Shown piece after piece: positions 29,845 to 40,168 of a stretch of 64,000 bases of DNA. The notes under the pieces are model-generated. The model saw only the letters and a list, made by a program, of their open reading frames with translations, was not told the origin of the DNA and did no database searches. The stretch lies in the NCBI GenBank assembly GCA_963666285.1, contig OY762711.1; one strand, given 5' to 3'. The DNA comes from Sedimentisphaerales bacterium (lineage in GTDB: Bacteria; Planctomycetota; Phycisphaerae; Sedimentisphaerales; SM23-30). Each line of letters opens with the position of its first letter. Position 1 is the first letter of the stretch. The position numbers and the translations under genes are program-made.

Positions 29845-32640
29845 TTATTCGCCGTAAACAGCCGGGTTTGTTCCGTCAGAAACCTCAGTCCCGTCGTTAG
29901 TGCCGTCTTCGTCTGTGTCTGCTTTGTCGGCTCTCAGGTGGTTTTCGTATTCATAGAGGTTGGTCAGTCCGTCACCATCAAGGTCGCCCAGACTGTCGTC
30001 TATAAGCGGGTTCATGCCGCAGGCAATTTCATAGCCGTCAGAAATGGTATCACCATCGGTATCAGATACAAGCGGGTTGGAATCTGTTTGAGAATTATAA
30101 GATATTGTGCCGTCAAAAGCCACTTCTTCATAGTCGGTGGCACCGTCACTATCGGTATCGGTTTCGTCAACAGATGTGCCAAGCACTATTTCCAGATGGT
30201 CGGCCAGGCCATCGCCATCGGTATCAGTTGCAGCGAAATCAGCGGCGGTGTAGGCGGTTGTAGTGTAATCATCTGTGTCAGAGATAACTGTGCCGGCATT
30301 CGGGTCTAGTACCTGGATATCAGTTATAGTGAATGGCCCATCCGTGGCGTTATCAAATATCTTTTCTGATGAAAATTCCAGTGTAACGGTTATTTGGCCG
30401 GTTCCAGCCATCCAGTTTTGGGCGATAGCGTCCAGATCGGCAAGGTCAACTGTGCCGGACTCATCCAGATCGTAAGCATTACATGGGTAATCTTCGACCA
30501 GGCAGTGAATCTCGCCCCAGAAGTTTGCCAATAGAGCAAAGTCGATCAGGTTGACTTCTTTATCGCCATTAAAATCACCGCTGACTGATTCAAAAGTAAC
30601 AACTTCAGAACCATCGGTATCGATAATATTGCCGGAGCTGTCGGTAAGATTACCTATAACCATAAAGTCAGTTGGTTCTGATATGTCAACAGGGATGGTA
30701 ACTTGCAAAGATTCATATATGCCGTCATTGTCTGAATCGATAGCTGAATCAGACATTCCGCCGGAAATGTTAATGTTGGCAGAAGATATAGTAAAGCTGT
30801 CGAAGGCGGTTCTCTGGAAAGAGCCGTCTGCTGCATTTGCGGTTAATGTGACATAGTATGTGCCGATTTGAGTAGTATCGGCAAAGTCCAGCATGAAAAC
30901 GCCGTCACCTGCGGCAGAATCGCTGCCTGTACCATCGTCGGTTAATGTGTATTGTGTTGTGGTTTGGTCAGGGTATGTAATGTCTGCGATAATTTCAACA
31001 TCTGTAATTGCAGTATCATTGTCAGAGACGGAAGCATAGACGGTAATATTGTCATTTACATTTGCCCACTGGTCTGAGTATATTGTCATTGAGATAGTTT
31101 CATCATCGAATACTGTGATGCCGTAGTTTTGTTTATCTTCGGAATCTGTGGAGAACGATGCTGTCCATGGGCCTGACTGAGGGTTTGTAATCGTGTAGTT
31201 GAAATAGCCATCATCTGAAGCTGAATATGTGACAGAAGAATCTGAGGTTTCCGGAGTGTAAACTGTGCCATCCGGAGCAGACAAATTCAATAGATTTATC
31301 GCAGCTGTATCTGAAGCATAAGCAAATACTTTAAGGGTTTCACAGGTTGCGATACTGAATTGGTATTCAACCGGTGAACTGCTGTCGAAAATACCGCTGT
31401 CAGAGCCGATAAAACAAGTATTTTGTGATGTTTCTTCCTCTGTGTCTGTAGTTGATAACGCTAAAGGTTCAATTGAAGAAGTAGAAGTGCTGGAAGATAT
31501 ATCTAGCCATTCAATTATTTTATTTAGAACATTTGGATGTCTGAAGCATGAATAATGATCTAATCCGGAATTATAAAAAGAGCAAATATCAACGGCCTGA
31601 TATTCATGTTTCTTCTCTAGTTTGTCATTTTTCCTATCATAGTACCAGCCTAAGATAACGCCTTTAGCTGAATTATAAGGAACTGCCCCATCATTTTCAG
31701 AATAATGGCTCATACCGCTTTTTGCATATAGTAAAGCACCTGAGGCAGTTAAGCTCAATGTATGAAGAACATTTTGATTTTTTTTACTGTATGTTGCATA
31801 AATAGGCAAATCGCATTTTATTCTTTGGTTAAAACTTTCCAGATAATCAGTAGCCAGGCATTGTGTTGCTTCATTATCTTTTTTGGGGTTAAATTCTGAA
31901 AGAGGACTTCCTGTGTGTGGTGTTTGAGCACAAAATATTTTCAATACTCTATCCTGATGGTCATAGGCATATTGGCGAGAGATCAATCCTCCCATGCTGT
32001 GACCAAAAAGATTTACTTTTGCATTATTATATTTGTCATCAGATTGGAATTTAGTTTTAATAAATTGATTTAATCTGCCAGCATTCCATTCTATACTTTT
32101 TGTTCCATTCAAGATAAGGCTGGCATCCCAACAAGTTATTCCTCTGGTCTCAAACCAACTTTGCACTGAAAACACTAGTCCCATTTCTTGTTGAAATACA
32201 TCTGAATGCCAATAATAATCATCTATGCCTATCCCAAAGGCATCATACCCTCTCACTAGAACGATAATAACTTCTGGGGTAATTGCTTCTGATTGTTCAC
32301 TAACCGGCACTTCTTCTGCGTTAGCTAGAATATAACTGTATGAATAATGACAACTAAGTTCTGAAAGACTGAAATGGTCAATAAACTTACTTCCATGAAC
32401 AGTATGACTGTCTAGTTCACTATTACCTAAATTTAAACGACTGAGTACATAATTACCCTCCGGTTCCCAACTGACGGTAACAGTGCCATCCCAGTTATTT
32501 GTGACATTTAGCTTGATTGCGTCTCTGTTGTTGATTATGAAGGTGTTGGATAAAGCGGTGCCAGTTTCCGCAACTGCCTGACTGGCAAAGAAGGTAACAG
32601 CTAAAACAGATATTATCGAAACTATTTTACAAAACTTCAT
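29845..32640 (-). CDS. Secreted alpha/beta-hydrolase (lipase/PGAP1-like) with dockerin-like and Asp-rich Ca-binding repeats
   Basis: Signal peptide; GHSMGGL, TPHTGS, NDGAV, DH; LTDDGTGSDSAAGDGVF; GDFNGDKEVNLIDF; repeated DTDGDG. Confidence 0.8.
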   Translation of the reverse strand: MKFCKIVSIISVLAVTFFASQAVAETGTALSNTFIINNRDAIKLNVTNNWDGTVTVSWEPEGNYVLSRLNLGNSELDSHTVHGSKFIDHFSLSELSCHYSYSYILANAEEVPVSEQSEAITPEVIIVLVRGYDAFGIGIDDYYWHSDVFQQEMGLVFSVQSWFETRGITCWDASLILNGTKSIEWNAGRLNQFIKTKFQSDDKYNNAKVNLFGHSMGGLISRQYAYDHQDRVLKIFCAQTPHTGSPLSEFNPKKDNEATQCLATDYLESFNQRIKCDLPIYATYSKKNQNVLHTLSLTASGALLYAKSGMSHYSENDGAVPYNSAKGVILGWYYDRKNDKLEKKHEYQAVDICSFYNSGLDHYSCFRHPNVLNKIIEWLDISSSTSTSSIEPLALSTTDTEEETSQNTCFIGSDSGIFDSSSPVEYQFSIATCETLKVFAYASDTAAINLLNLSAPDGTVYTPETSDSSVTYSASDDGYFNYTITNPQSGPWTASFSTDSEDKQNYGITVFDDETISMTIYSDQWANVNDNITVYASVSDNDTAITDVEIIADITYPDQTTTQYTLTDDGTGSDSAAGDGVFMLDFADTTQIGTYYVTLTANAADGSFQRTAFDSFTISSANINISGGMSDSAIDSDNDGIYESLQVTIPVDISEPTDFMVIGNLTDSSGNIIDTDGSEVVTFESVSGDFNGDKEVNLIDFALLANFWGEIHCLVEDYPCNAYDLDESGTVDLADLDAIAQNWMAGTGQITVTLEFSSEKIFDNATDGPFTITDIQVLDPNAGTVISDTDDYTTTAYTAADFAATDTDGDGLADHLEIVLGTSVDETDTDSDGATDYEEVAFDGTISYNSQTDSNPLVSDTDGDTISDGYEIACGMNPLIDDSLGDLDGDGLTNLYEYENHLRADKADTDEDGTNDGTEVSDGTNPAVYGE

Positions 32641-32900
32641 TATTTTTTCTCCTGAAATATCAGTACAATTAACAATGACTATCTATATTTTTCACGCAGC
32701 AAAACTGCGATAGCATTCAAGAAACCAAATGGAATTTCCGGTTAAAAACCTACCAATGCCATCCGGCTTTATTGAAATTCGGCCACTGAGCAATTGCCCA
32801 GTCATCTCAGGACACTACCGAGGATTTTCCACGCCACACTGGCAATATCCGTAAATATCACCATTCCGGGTAATTCGTGAAAATACAAGGGGGGCAGGGC

Positions 32901-33980
32901 TCAACGGCAGACCCGAAAGCCTGTATATTGGTCTTCACATTCTTCTTCAGTAACATTTGCATAAAATGATACTCTACAATCTATTATTGCAGAATAATTT
33001 GCCCAACAACCACCTCGAATTGAGTGATAATAGCTACTATAAACACTTTTATTACTTGTTAATTCAAAAACATTTCCAGCCATATCACATAGTCCATACC
33101 CGAATGGACCATAATATCCAACAGGGGTTGTATATGGATTATCATTAAAACCAATAGGATTTGAGCGATTGTAATTTGCTATTGAAGTGTTTATTGTATT
33201 GCCGGTACCATATGTATAGTTACCGTCGTAATCGGCTACGGCTTGCCATTCCCACTCTGTAGGCAGACGCCAGCCATAATAACTGGCAAAAGACGTCGCT
33301 CCATACCATGTTACAAAAACTACCGGATGATTGGCCATACTGTAGCCATCACGAGTTCTTACAGAAAAAGTACCGTTATAACTTATCTGGCTATATGAAT
33401 AGCTTTCATAAGTTCTGAAATATGTTTTTCCGCTATATGAGCCGCTATTACCATAAACATAACCATCGGAGACATAAATATCACCTGAGACCAGGGCGGC
33501 GTTGAGATACTGGCAATACTGGGCATTGGTAGTCTCATACTTGCTCATGTAACCCATAAATCCTTCGTGTCCAGACACGCCAGAATCATTGACATAGACC
33601 CATTTCATGCCCAGTTCGCTACTGTTGGCATTGGTATTGCTATCATCGGCTGTGATCTGGATTTTGTAGGTATTGCCGTATTGGCCGGGGAGGTCGGTTT
33701 TGGTGTTCCAGGTGATAGTGTGTCTGCCGGGGGAGATGGCGGAGCCGAGATCGCCGGAGATGTCTGTTGCAGATACGTTCCATGTACTGCCGCCATCGTC
33801 ACTGATGAGCATGGAAACAATACAGCTATCGCCGTCAGCATCGGTAAGGGTGTAGCTGATATCGACAATGCCGCTGTCGTCGGTTCGCTGGACAGCGTAA
33901 ATATTGCTGATTTCGGGTGCGGAATTGGCATAAATACAGTTTGTAAAAACTATAAGAACTAAAAGCCATAAATACTTCAT
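32901..33980 (-). CDS. Secreted FGE-sulfatase/SUMF1 (CLec-fold) domain protein
   Basis: YETTNAQY, HPVVFVTW, WRLPTEWEW, GLCDMAGNV, RGG.W, terminal GFRVCR. Confidence 0.87.
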   Translation of the reverse strand: MKYLWLLVLIVFTNCIYANSAPEISNIYAVQRTDDSGIVDISYTLTDADGDSCIVSMLISDDGGSTWNVSATDISGDLGSAISPGRHTITWNTKTDLPGQYGNTYKIQITADDSNTNANSSELGMKWVYVNDSGVSGHEGFMGYMSKYETTNAQYCQYLNAALVSGDIYVSDGYVYGNSGSYSGKTYFRTYESYSYSQISYNGTFSVRTRDGYSMANHPVVFVTWYGATSFASYYGWRLPTEWEWQAVADYDGNYTYGTGNTINTSIANYNRSNPIGFNDNPYTTPVGYYGPFGYGLCDMAGNVFELTSNKSVYSSYYHSIRGGCWANYSAIIDCRVSFYANVTEEECEDQYTGFRVCR

Positions 33981-34277
33981 TCTCTAACTCCTCAAATAGC
34001 ATATACGGATAATAATAGCAGGATAAGACCAAGTTTTGAAGCCAACCAGTAAAAAACTCTATTCTCTACTCGCATCTCCCATGTTTAACTTATATATACT
34101 AGCAAAAATATCGTTTAGATCAAAATAAAAAGATGATAAATAATGTTGCATATAATTATCTGGAGCTACCAGATGGCGGTAATATAGGTAGGATATGATA
34201 TTTAAGGATGAATTTTTACGAAAATTCTTAGGGCGGTCAAGTGAGCAACCTAAGAAAGGTATTAGGTGCGTGAATGT

Positions 34278-34410
34278 AGGTAAGAGGGGAGAGGTAAGAG
34301 GTAAGAGGTAAGAGGTAAGAGGTAAGAGGTGAGAGGTAAGAGGTAAGAGGTGAGAGGTAAGAGGTAAGAGGTAAGAGGTAAGAGGTGAGAGGTGAGAGGT
34401 AAGAGGTGAG
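34278..34410 (+). repeat. Tandem heptamer array, 19 units of AGGTRAG
   Basis: Counted directly: 13 AGGTAAG, 5 AGGTGAG, 1 AGGGGAG. Confidence 0.97.
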
Positions 34411-34420
34411 AGGGGTTCGT

Positions 34421-34466
34421 TCAAGACATGGGTAACGGTTGAGTGTCAAGACATAGGTAACGGTTG
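34421..34466. mobile_element. Possible isolated IS481-family terminal sequence (no transposase)
   Basis: Two direct copies of TCAAGACATRGGTAACGGTTG, 25 bp apart, resembling as I recall them the repeated transposase-binding sites at IS481-family ends. Confidence 0.45.
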
Positions 34467-34776
34467 GATTAACCTAATCAGAAAGCAAATGCGTATTTCT
34501 CGGATGCCAGGTTATGCCTAACTCCGGCAGATAATCATATTTTACTCAAAAAACAAATTTGTCAGGGGATGACAAATTTGAAAAGATTTTTTTGTATAGC
34601 TTCTGTTTGTTTAAGTTGTTATTTTGTAATGGTTTATGTTGGTGTGTTGTTGTGAGGTTAAGCTCGGATGAGTTTTTTTTGTATTTTTTTCATAAAAAAA
34701 AGGAACTTTGGAAATTTCACTATAGTAATCAATACATTTTTTTTCAATATTGCAGGATTTAGTGAGACTTAAGATT

Positions 34777-35727
34777 ATGATAGCTAGAAAAAATATATCC
34801 AAAGGTTTTACTTTGATTGAATTGCTAGTAGTAATTTCTATAATTGCTCTTTTGGTTTCTATATTGATGCCGGCTCTGAATAAAGCTAAGGAACAAGCTA
34901 CGTCAGTAGTATGCCTGGCAAATATTCGATCTTTGTCGCAGGCGTATTATATGTATGCGATGGATAATGACGGGACTATTGTTGGTGGTTATGTGCAAAA
35001 ATATGATAGAATAACCTGGGGTAACTACCTGGACAATCAATGGGTTTTTTCTCCTCGCAAAAATGATAATAATTTATATGATCATATTGGTTTAGCAGAT
35101 GGTTCAAGTGGAGCAGTAGTGCCAACGCAGGATGATCGTTTAACCGGCATCAAAGCCGGTAAACTTTGGAAGTATATCAAAAATACAGATGTGTATCACT
35201 GCCCAGGTGATAAGCGCTATATAAAGCCGACTTCAACAGAAATAATCGGCTCACAGGAAAATTACATGATTTACAGGAGTTATAGTATACCGGATTGTTT
35301 ATATGGGTCCAAAAGCAATTTACCCTATGATTATTTGCAGAATCCAGTAACAAAAATCACACGGATAAGGATTCCAAGTGAAAAGTATTGTTTTGTAGAG
35401 GCCAATTTCCCCGGCTATGAAGCAATGCCGTATAATCATGGCGGTTTTTCGTTTATGCCATGGAAGGATGTCCCGTCGGTAATGACAACATGGTGGGATC
35501 CGCCAGCTCCGTTTCATAATAAAAGCGGCGTATTTGGTTTTTTAGATGGTCATTCAGAAAAACATAAATGGGAAGATAAAAGTACAATTGAGCATACAAC
35601 TTCCGGACTAGGTAGCGGTAGTGTTGCTTATGATCCAGATGGAGACGGTCTTAATAAAGATGTTGACTGGATGACGCAGGGATGGCCTGAAGATAGAAAT
35701 AATAAATACCGTTATGTTTATAATTAA
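34777..35727 (+). CDS. Prepilin-type N-terminal cleavage/methylation protein with H-X9-DG motif (DUF1559-like)
   Basis: KGFTLIELLVVISIIALLVSILMPAL, YHCPGD, HNKSGVFGFLDGH. Confidence 0.9.
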   Translation: MIARKNISKGFTLIELLVVISIIALLVSILMPALNKAKEQATSVVCLANIRSLSQAYYMYAMDNDGTIVGGYVQKYDRITWGNYLDNQWVFSPRKNDNNLYDHIGLADGSSGAVVPTQDDRLTGIKAGKLWKYIKNTDVYHCPGDKRYIKPTSTEIIGSQENYMIYRSYSIPDCLYGSKSNLPYDYLQNPVTKITRIRIPSEKYCFVEANFPGYEAMPYNHGGFSFMPWKDVPSVMTTWWDPPAPFHNKSGVFGFLDGHSEKHKWEDKSTIEHTTSGLGSGSVAYDPDGDGLNKDVDWMTQGWPEDRNNKYRYVYN

Positions 35728-35741
35728 TTAACTGGAAGTAT

Positions 35742-36260
35742 ATGGAAACCAAAAAGAACAGTACAGAAGATTTTCTACCATTGCTAATGAGCAATCAGAG
35801 GAAGATACATTCATATATCAGGTCTCTTGTATTCAATTTCAGTGATGCTGATGACATTATGCAGGAAACGATAACGACTATGTGGTCAAAATTTGATCAG
35901 TTTGAATTAGGATCGGATTTTGCTTCGTGGGGAGTTAAAATAGCGTATTTTAAGGTATTGAATTACCGTAAGAAGCAAGGGAAAGATGTTTTGAGTTTTA
36001 ATGACAATATTCTGGAGCAGATAAGTGATACTTCAACCGAAAAAATTTGTGAAATAGAAGATAGAGTTAATACCCTGCGAGAATGTATCAAAAAGTTAGG
36101 TGATGAGGATCGGCAATTATTAGATATAAGGTATGAGTTAAATTGTGCACCTAAGAGTATTGCACTGCAATTAGATAAATCAGTTCAATATATTTATAAG
36201 AATCTGTCTCGGATACACTTTCTCCTGAACAGATGTATCAAGAAAAAAATGCAGGCATAG
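35742..36260 (+). CDS. ECF sigma-70 factor, paralogue of 12707..13246
   Basis: DADDIMQET..MWSKF..GSDFASW; IYKNLSRIH. Confidence 0.9.
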   Translation: METKKNSTEDFLPLLMSNQRKIHSYIRSLVFNFSDADDIMQETITTMWSKFDQFELGSDFASWGVKIAYFKVLNYRKKQGKDVLSFNDNILEQISDTSTEKICEIEDRVNTLRECIKKLGDEDRQLLDIRYELNCAPKSIALQLDKSVQYIYKNLSRIHFLLNRCIKKKMQA

Positions 36261-36264
36261 TTGT

Positions 36265-37977
36265 ATGAAAGCCAAAGAATACATTCAAATAGTAGATCTA
36301 ACACTTAAATGCTATGATGGAAGAGCAACTCTTAAGTGTATAAGAGAATTGGAGTCACTGCTTAATGCTAACCAAGAGGCATTGGAGTTATATACAGAAA
36401 TAGTATTTCAAATAAACTATTTTCAATGTGAAGTTCAGAGTCCATATGTGTCAGATGTTAGTGGTTATCTAAGGGATGAACTATATTTTAAGATCAATAA
36501 AGACGGAGATATTAAGGATGTTATGTCAGTTATGGTTCAGGAAGAAAATGAAGCTCCGGAAGTGTTAATAGACCAGGTTTCAGAGATTACCGCGTCAGAT
36601 GATATTTTACCGGTTCAAGTTGTTAGAACGGGTCTATTTGTAAGAGTTTATAATGTATTAGTATCTTTAGCAGCCGTATTTTTGATAGTTTTTATTGTTT
36701 ATGCTAATTTGTATCCATCAAAGAGAAGTGAAAAGGTTGCAGTGCTGACCGAGCAGGTTAATGCTAAATGGAGCGATGGCAGCGATCAACTTAATATTGA
36801 TGATGTCTTATATACAAATCATGGACCGTATGTTCTTGACAGTGGTTTTATTGAACTGCAATATGAAAATGGAGCGAAACTGGTAGTAGAAGCACCAGCA
36901 AGTTTTACGATATTGTCAGAAAGCAACTTTAATCTGATTTTAGGTCAGGTTTATACCAAGGTTCCTAAAGAAGCAATAGGTTTTACTATTACCAGTCATA
37001 ATTCAAAAGTGATAGATTTAGGTACAGAATTTGGGGTTGCGGCAGATAGAAGTGGTAATAGTGACGTATATTTATTTAAAGGCAAAGCATCACTGGTTTC
37101 CGGCTATAAAAAACAGGAAAAGGAAAGCTTTTTGTTGGAGCCAGGGCAGGGTAAACGAGTTGATTCCAGTGCAAAAGTAAAAGATATTAATTTTGAAGAA
37201 TTTGCATTTGCAAGAGATATTTCATCAACAACATCATTGGTATGGCGTGGCCAGACAGATTGCGATTTAGTCCAGATAGTCAAAGGTAATAATGAGTTTT
37301 GGAAAAAGGACAGATCGTTTTATGCGATCAATCAATCCACGGGAGATATTATTACTTCAGTAGATCAAGGAGCTGAATATTCAGATTTGTCGAAGTACAA
37401 TGTTGTGGCTGATAATGCATATATAGATGGAGTATTTATTCCGGATGGAGGTCAGGGCAGGCAAGTGATAAGCTCTACCGGTCTTACATTTGATACTTGT
37501 CCAGATACCTGTGGTTATTGGTTTGCCCCGATAATGACGGAATGGACGCCATCATTGGAGATATTATCAGAAGGAAAGCATCTGAAGGGGATAGATATAG
37601 AAAAGTGGGTTCTTAATAAGACTGATTATGGTAATGGCAATGGTGCAATTGTATTACATTCTAACAGCGGATTGACATTCGATATTGATAGTATACGCAA
37701 TCTGTTTCCTAAGTTCGGCAGCATATTTTTTACAGCTGATATAGGCATAACCGAAGCGGTAGATAAGGACCAATTAAATATTACAGAATTCTGGGTACTA
37801 ATTGACGGTAAAGTACGTCATCATATGGTTCAAAAGGATTTTAAGCTTAAGTCTGAATATGTTCAGATAGAAATATTAGAGGAAGAACGTTTTATGACTC
37901 TGGTCGCATCAGATGGAGATAATTTGGTTGATTTTGATTGGTGGGTAGTTGCCGACCCTGTTATAACATTTAAGTAG
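36265..37977 (+). CDS. FecR-like anti-sigma factor with NPCBM-like domain
   Basis: Single TM, VIDLGTEFGV, YIDGVFIP, LHSNSGLTFDI, WVLIDG. Confidence 0.82.
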   Translation: MKAKEYIQIVDLTLKCYDGRATLKCIRELESLLNANQEALELYTEIVFQINYFQCEVQSPYVSDVSGYLRDELYFKINKDGDIKDVMSVMVQEENEAPEVLIDQVSEITASDDILPVQVVRTGLFVRVYNVLVSLAAVFLIVFIVYANLYPSKRSEKVAVLTEQVNAKWSDGSDQLNIDDVLYTNHGPYVLDSGFIELQYENGAKLVVEAPASFTILSESNFNLILGQVYTKVPKEAIGFTITSHNSKVIDLGTEFGVAADRSGNSDVYLFKGKASLVSGYKKQEKESFLLEPGQGKRVDSSAKVKDINFEEFAFARDISSTTSLVWRGQTDCDLVQIVKGNNEFWKKDRSFYAINQSTGDIITSVDQGAEYSDLSKYNVVADNAYIDGVFIPDGGQGRQVISSTGLTFDTCPDTCGYWFAPIMTEWTPSLEILSEGKHLKGIDIEKWVLNKTDYGNGNGAIVLHSNSGLTFDIDSIRNLFPKFGSIFFTADIGITEAVDKDQLNITEFWVLIDGKVRHHMVQKDFKLKSEYVQIEILEEERFMTLVASDGDNLVDFDWWVVADPVITFK

Positions 37978-38068
37978 TGTTATGGCTGGAAATTGCAATA
38001 TCCATAGTGTACCTCAGAGGATGTGATTGGGGTTTAGTGTATATAATGTTTTACAATGGAGATTAGTT

Positions 38069-40093
38069 ATGAAGACAAAAGTTTTAATGGTGATTATGTT
38101 GTTGGGTTGTTCTTTGTGGGCTGTAAGTATTCCGGTGGCAAACTTCAGCTTTGAAGAACCTTATTCAGTTGATCCAAATCCAAGTAATCCAGGATATAGC
38201 GGTATTGATGGGGTGCCGCCATATTGGTCATCAAGTTGGGGTTCCTGTGGAGTTGAGAATCCAATAGATGGAGTGCATACCCTTCGTTATAGTGGCGGGC
38301 CAAATCCTCTACCAAACCCAGGAGATGGAGAACAGGTATGTTTTGTTAATATTGGTACTTCCAGTTCAGTAGCATCAATAACTTCAGATGTGGTAAGTCA
38401 GGTGTTGCCAAATGAAATGTATAAACTAGTCGTTGCTATAGGAGATCGAGTTGACCATGCTCATCCAGATGGCAGAATAGGTATATTGGTTAATGGAGAA
38501 GAAGTTGGAGATTTTTATGAATTTGATGGAGCTTCGTTAATTGATGCCGCTTTTAACGATGTAACGTATTACTGGATTTCACCGGATGAAGGAGATGTTT
38601 TAATTGGCGGAGATATTCAGATTAAAATAGAATTCTGGTATGACCAGGAAAATGGCGGATGGCAGCAGGCAACTTTTGATAATGTAAGACTTAGCACAGA
38701 AAATATATCAATGAGGACTCCGGGTAACGGCTCAATTAATCTTCCGCTTACAACAGAATTAAACTGGGAAATCAGTAATACATCTATAGCCGAAGATTAT
38801 GTGGATGTATATTTTGGTACCGGATCAGATCCGAATCTGGTAGAACAAAACAACACTTCTGGTGTATTTGAGCCGGTATTAGAAAATGATACAACTTATT
38901 ATTGGAAAATAGTTACATATGAGCCTAATTATCCTTCACCGTCTACAGTGGCAACAGATGTATGGAGTTTTACCACGTTACCGGCAACGCCAGTTGTAAC
39001 GGTGGTTTCACCTGCAGCGGCAGTAGTAGACCTTGGAGAACCAAGTATTCAGTTTACTGTAGCCACAGAAAATGAAAAAACATTACAATGGTATAAAGAT
39101 GGAATAGTTATATCAGATTCTGAAGGGATATATAGCGGCACTACAAGTAATACATTGACAGTTTATGATATCCAACAAGAAGATGAAGGTAAGTATGTTT
39201 GTACGGCAGTGAATTCGGCCGGCTCTGCAACTAGCACACCTGTATATATAGTGTTAAAAAATATGATTGCTCATCTGGCCTTTGAAGACAACCTTGAAGA
39301 TTCATCTCTATCAGGTATTTATGATGGTGTTGTTCGCCCAAGCAGTGAAAATGAATCATATGCCGATGGTGTTATTGGTCGCGCATTTGATTTTAGTGCC
39401 AATAGTAATTCAATGTACAGTGTTGTGATTCCCGGTAGCGAAGTTGATTTCCCTGAATTTATGAATATAAGCGGTTATACTTTTTCCTGCTGGATTAAGA
39501 CAAATCAAGGCCCCTGGGCAGGAATTTTGGGAATGGTCACCCGTAATGGAAACGATTATTTCAGGGCATGGAGCGGTATTGGCCTGGCTCTCGGTTCCGG
39601 TGATGATTCCGGAGCATTCTGGCATCAGATCAAAGGCGGAGCAGAAGTAAGTGACAGTAGTTATCGGATTAATGACGGAGAATGGCATCATGTTGCCGGT
39701 GCATACGATCCTGTACAGAAAAAAGGTATTTGGTATGCAGATGGTCAGTATTATTCTTATAGCAGTTCAGGGCCTATTGATGTAAATCAGGAGTTTATGA
39801 TAGGAAATGAGATGACTCTTGAGCCTGGTACTGACAATAAAATAGGTGGCGATATGCAATTTAACGGCTTGATCGATGATGTTCGAGTTTATAATTATGC
39901 ATTGTCAAAAATAGAATTGTATGACCTTTATGCAGCCGGTGAAGGTACTTTTTGTATTACTAATCCGCAAATGGATGTAAACGGACCTGATGGTGTGCCG
40001 GATTGTATTGTAGATTTATTCGACTATTCAGTATTGGCATCTCAGTGGTTAGAATGCAATCTTTATCCTGAATGTTACGATTTTTCTAACTAA
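38069..40093 (+). CDS. Secreted Ig/LamG protein with dockerin-like C-terminus
   Basis: Signal peptide from 38069 (GGAG upstream); LQWYKDG..EDEGKYVC; DGEWHHVAG..GLIDDVRVYN; DVNGPDGVPDCIVDLFD..ASQWL. Confidence 0.8.
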   Translation: MKTKVLMVIMLLGCSLWAVSIPVANFSFEEPYSVDPNPSNPGYSGIDGVPPYWSSSWGSCGVENPIDGVHTLRYSGGPNPLPNPGDGEQVCFVNIGTSSSVASITSDVVSQVLPNEMYKLVVAIGDRVDHAHPDGRIGILVNGEEVGDFYEFDGASLIDAAFNDVTYYWISPDEGDVLIGGDIQIKIEFWYDQENGGWQQATFDNVRLSTENISMRTPGNGSINLPLTTELNWEISNTSIAEDYVDVYFGTGSDPNLVEQNNTSGVFEPVLENDTTYYWKIVTYEPNYPSPSTVATDVWSFTTLPATPVVTVVSPAAAVVDLGEPSIQFTVATENEKTLQWYKDGIVISDSEGIYSGTTSNTLTVYDIQQEDEGKYVCTAVNSAGSATSTPVYIVLKNMIAHLAFEDNLEDSSLSGIYDGVVRPSSENESYADGVIGRAFDFSANSNSMYSVVIPGSEVDFPEFMNISGYTFSCWIKTNQGPWAGILGMVTRNGNDYFRAWSGIGLALGSGDDSGAFWHQIKGGAEVSDSSYRINDGEWHHVAGAYDPVQKKGIWYADGQYYSYSSSGPIDVNQEFMIGNEMTLEPGTDNKIGGDMQFNGLIDDVRVYNYALSKIELYDLYAAGEGTFCITNPQMDVNGPDGVPDCIVDLFDYSVLASQWLECNLYPECYDFSN

Positions 40094-40122
40094 AGGTCGA
40101 TTACTTAGTTGGTTATAGTGTA

Positions 40123-40155
40123 AGACCTCGGTGTTAATTGCCGAGGTCTATTTTT
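40123..40155 (+). terminator. Intrinsic terminator
   Basis: AGACCTCGG..CCGAGGTCT then ATTTTT. Confidence 0.7.
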
Positions 40156-40168
40156 CTCCATATAGTAG

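Noticed and set aside
34059..34449. ORFs with LLPLTSY repeats
   Set aside because: They are translations of the heptamer array.
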